This document shows, piece after piece, positions 61,323 to 64,000 of a DNA stretch of 64,000 bases (position 1 is the stretch's first letter; each line of letters opens with the position of its first letter). The translations under genes were made by a program, and so were the position numbers. Source of the DNA: an uncultured Candidatus Rokubacteria bacterium (GTDB lineage: Bacteria > Methylomirabilota > Methylomirabilia > Rokubacteriales > CSP1-6). The notes under the pieces were generated by a model that did not search any database, was not told where the DNA came from, and was given only the letters and a program-made list of their open reading frames with translations. The stretch spans positions 224,001 through 288,000 of the forward strand of contig CAVWFS010000018.1 in NCBI GenBank assembly GCA_963754315.1, read 5' to 3'.

Positions 61323-62978
61323 ATGATCAAGGAGGGAAGCATGAAGGGGGGGCTCGGGAGTCTCCTGTCTCTGGCCGCGGTTCTGGCCGCGTCCGTCCTG
61401 GCCCCCGGACCCGCGCGAGCGCACCCCTTGGGGAATTTCTCCATCAGCCACTACACGGCACTCCGGGTGGAGCCCGACCGCATCTCGATCACCTACGTCA
61501 TAGACATGGCCGAGATCCCGACATTCCAGGAGCTGCAAAGCAAAGGTCTCGTTCCTGATCCTAGCCACCCATCGGTGGCGTCCTACCTCCGCCCCGCGAT
61601 CGAGGCCTTGGGGGCTGGCCTGCAGCTCGAGGTGAACGGCGCGCAGCTGATCCTCCACGCACGGTCGAGCGGTGTGGTCTTTCCCCCCGGAGCCGGAGAT
61701 CTGCCGACCATGAGGATGGAGGCGCTCTACCAGGCGAGCCTGGACCGAGTAGGGCTGCGGGAGGTTAACGAGCTCAAGTATCGGGACGAGAACTTTACGG
61801 GCCGCGCCGGCTGGAAGGAGATCGTCGCCGTGGCCGGTCCGCGCACGAGCCTCGCGAGAAGCTCCGTTCCAGAACAGGATCGGAGCCATGCTCTGACCGA
61901 CTACCCAACCGATCTCCTCGACAGCCCCCCCCAGGATGTCGAGGCCCGTTTGCTCTTCTCACTCACAACCGTGGCGGCTACCGGCACGATCCCTTCGCCT
62001 CCTCCGTTCGATACGCTCGCCACGCGGGAGCGAACGCAGAAGCCGACCATAGCGACCGTGGCGCCAGTCCGGAGAGCAACGACGTCCGGGGAGTCGGTCG
62101 ACCCCGCCTGGATTGCGCGCGACGTTGGGGCGACGGTCCCGGTTGCAAGCCGGCCGCCCACTCCGCGCTCGGCCTTCACTCAACTGGTGACGGCGGAGGA
62201 GCTGAGCTTTGGCGTGATCGTTCTGGCCATGCTCACCGCTCTCGGCGTGGGAGCCGCTCACGCCCTCGAGCCCGGACACGGCAAGGCGGTGGTGGCGGCG
62301 TATCTCGTAGGATCACGAGGGACGGCATGGCACGCGGTGTTCTTGGGGCTGGTGGTTACCGTTGCTCACACGGCCGGAGTCTTCCTCCTCGGGCTTGTCA
62401 CCCTCTATGCTTCCCGCTTCATCGTGCCCGAGCGTCTTTACCCGTGGCTCGGAGCCGCCTCTGGTCTAACGATTGCCGGCCTTGGCGCCTGGCTGTTTCT
62501 GCAGCGGTACGCGACATGGGACGCGCAGGGGCACCATCACCCCCACGGCGACCATGACCATCACCCGCATGGGCATCATCACGATGACCATCACAACGCT
62601 CGCCACGGTCACCACGACCATCACGACCACCACCATCACGCGGCCGCCTCGCTACGACAGCTGTGCACCTTGGGGATCACGGGAGGCCTTCTCCCGTGTC
62701 CGGCGGCGCTCGTGGTGTTGCTGAGCGCGATTGCCCTTCGCCGGACAGGTTTCGGGCTTCTGCTTATCGTCGCCTTCAGCTTCGGGTTGGCGACGGTCCT
62801 CATTGCCATCGGACTCTTGATGGTCTATGCGCGGCGCTTCATGGCCCGGGTGCACGGCGACGGGCGCATCGTAGGGCGCTGGCTTCCCCTGACGTCGGCG
62901 GCCGTCATCACGGTGCTGGGAGTGACGATCGCCATCCAGGCGCTGATATCGGCCGGAATTGTGCAGGTGCGTCTCTAG
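61323..62978 (+). CDS. RcnA/HoxN-type nickel/cobalt transporter with N-terminal exported domain
   Basis: Signal peptide then AHPLGNFS; HALEPGHGK motif, His-rich loop, GLLPCPAALVVLL. Confidence 0.88.
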   Translation: MIKEGSMKGGLGSLLSLAAVLAASVLAPGPARAHPLGNFSISHYTALRVEPDRISITYVIDMAEIPTFQELQSKGLVPDPSHPSVASYLRPAIEALGAGLQLEVNGAQLILHARSSGVVFPPGAGDLPTMRMEALYQASLDRVGLREVNELKYRDENFTGRAGWKEIVAVAGPRTSLARSSVPEQDRSHALTDYPTDLLDSPPQDVEARLLFSLTTVAATGTIPSPPPFDTLATRERTQKPTIATVAPVRRATTSGESVDPAWIARDVGATVPVASRPPTPRSAFTQLVTAEELSFGVIVLAMLTALGVGAAHALEPGHGKAVVAAYLVGSRGTAWHAVFLGLVVTVAHTAGVFLLGLVTLYASRFIVPERLYPWLGAASGLTIAGLGAWLFLQRYATWDAQGHHHPHGDHDHHPHGHHHDDHHNARHGHHDHHDHHHHAAASLRQLCTLGITGGLLPCPAALVVLLSAIALRRTGFGLLLIVAFSFGLATVLIAIGLLMVYARRFMARVHGDGRIVGRWLPLTSAAVITVLGVTIAIQALISAGIVQVRL

Positions 62979-63105
62979 CGGACGCTCGAATCCCGCGGCC
63001 CGTGACAGGCTTGGGCACGGGGGGGCTGTCTTGGTAGTATCTGAATGGGCAACTCGCTGCCGCACTGAATCGGATGGAGCGATCGCGTCGGCGAATTCTC
63101 AGCGC

Positions 63106-63996
63106 ATGATGATGGCGGTCCTCGTGCTGGCTCTGGTGATGGGCCTGAGCGGTTGTGCCGTCAACCGCTCGGTACGGGCGGTCGATCTTACGGCGCACAC
63201 TCTGGCTCGCCCCACGACTGCCGACAGCCTGACGTCCCCCGAAGCAGCGGTCCAGGGAATTGCCGCCATCATGGTGGCCGACCTGGGGTTGCCGGTTCCC
63301 GAGCGTGTCACGGTGTACCTCTACTCCGGTCGCGAGGTGTTTGAACAGGGCCTGATCCGGGACGCCAACATCGCCCCCGTCCGCGCCGCTGAACTCAGCG
63401 ACTTCGCGGTCGGGGTGGGCAAGCGACGCCAGCTTCTCCTGCACGACGAGCAGGGCATGGACCGCGGTCGGGAATGGCTGCGGCTCATCGCCCACGAGCT
63501 CACCCACGTCGTTCAGATCGAGCTGGCTCATGGCGAGGGCCGTGTCGAACAGTGGCTGGCCGAGGGCATGGCGGAATGGGTGGCCTTCACGGTGCTGGAG
63601 CGGCTGCAGCTCGATGCCGTACGCCGCCGGCATGAGACGGCCGTGGCCGGTGTCCGCTCGCAAGCTGCCCTGCAAGCCGGACGACTCGACCTGGAGACCT
63701 TGGGTACGCCCCGCGGCTTCACCATGCGGCATCTGCGCGAAGGATCTCTCCCTACCTATCAGCTATCCTTCCTGATGACCGAGTATCTGATTCATCGCGA
63801 AGGCTTCCCGCGGATCCTCGAATATTTCGCGGCAGCGGCTCGCCCCCGCGACCGCCAGGCGACCTTTCGGAGCGTGTTCGGGCAGAGCCTCGAGCAGTTC
63901 GAGCGGGAAGTACTGCAGTACCTCCAGCTGCTCATCAACGAACCGGAGCCAAACCACCCGGTGGCAGCATCCCCGGGGCCACGATCGTCTCGTTGA
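63106..63996 (+). CDS. Putative lipoprotein metallopeptidase (peptidase MA-like)
   Basis: Lipobox LSGC; AHELTH (HExxH) followed by WLAEGMAEW; start uncertain. Confidence 0.65.
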   Translation: MMMAVLVLALVMGLSGCAVNRSVRAVDLTAHTLARPTTADSLTSPEAAVQGIAAIMVADLGLPVPERVTVYLYSGREVFEQGLIRDANIAPVRAAELSDFAVGVGKRRQLLLHDEQGMDRGREWLRLIAHELTHVVQIELAHGEGRVEQWLAEGMAEWVAFTVLERLQLDAVRRRHETAVAGVRSQAALQAGRLDLETLGTPRGFTMRHLREGSLPTYQLSFLMTEYLIHREGFPRILEYFAAAARPRDRQATFRSVFGQSLEQFEREVLQYLQLLINEPEPNHPVAASPGPRSSR

Positions 63997-64000
63997 ACGT

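Overview
A GC-rich bacterial window dense in catabolic and transport genes. The expanded family-5 ABC substrate-binding proteins, ABC_sub_bind protein, zinc-ribbon adenylate-cyclase relic, Uma2 and GC-rich hairpin repeats suggest Ca. Rokubacteria / Methylomirabilota; this is inference, not a taxonomic test. In order: luciferase-like monooxygenase (partial), Lhr helicase, P450 with 3Fe-4S ferredoxin, Rieske dioxygenase alpha/beta, LLM oxidoreductase, amidohydrolases, a split Dpp/Opp system with five substrate-binding proteins, a CopG-MazF toxin-antitoxin pair, TctABC and a thiolase-like/DUF35 pair. Next come a ~13 kb envelope-lipid cluster (GT-C, SGNH, flippase, CDP-alcohol phosphotransferase, nucleotidyltransferase, HpnN-like MMPL, sulfotransferase, Sat-CysC, 2OG-Fe(II) oxygenase), PqiAABC, MFS, enoyl-CoA hydratase, RidA, TenA and a His-rich Ni/Co transporter. 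Two findings stand out. First, a glutaredoxin-like gene missed by the ORF track (59562-59801) has an in-frame UGA in a U-G-P-C active site followed by a SECIS-like hairpin, directly upstream of a ferredoxin:thioredoxin reductase catalytic subunit. Second, the lipid cluster may build, hydroxylate, sulfate and export an unknown lipid. Many genes carry single-base frameshifts that look like long-read errors. No rRNA, tRNA, CRISPR or transposase was recognised.
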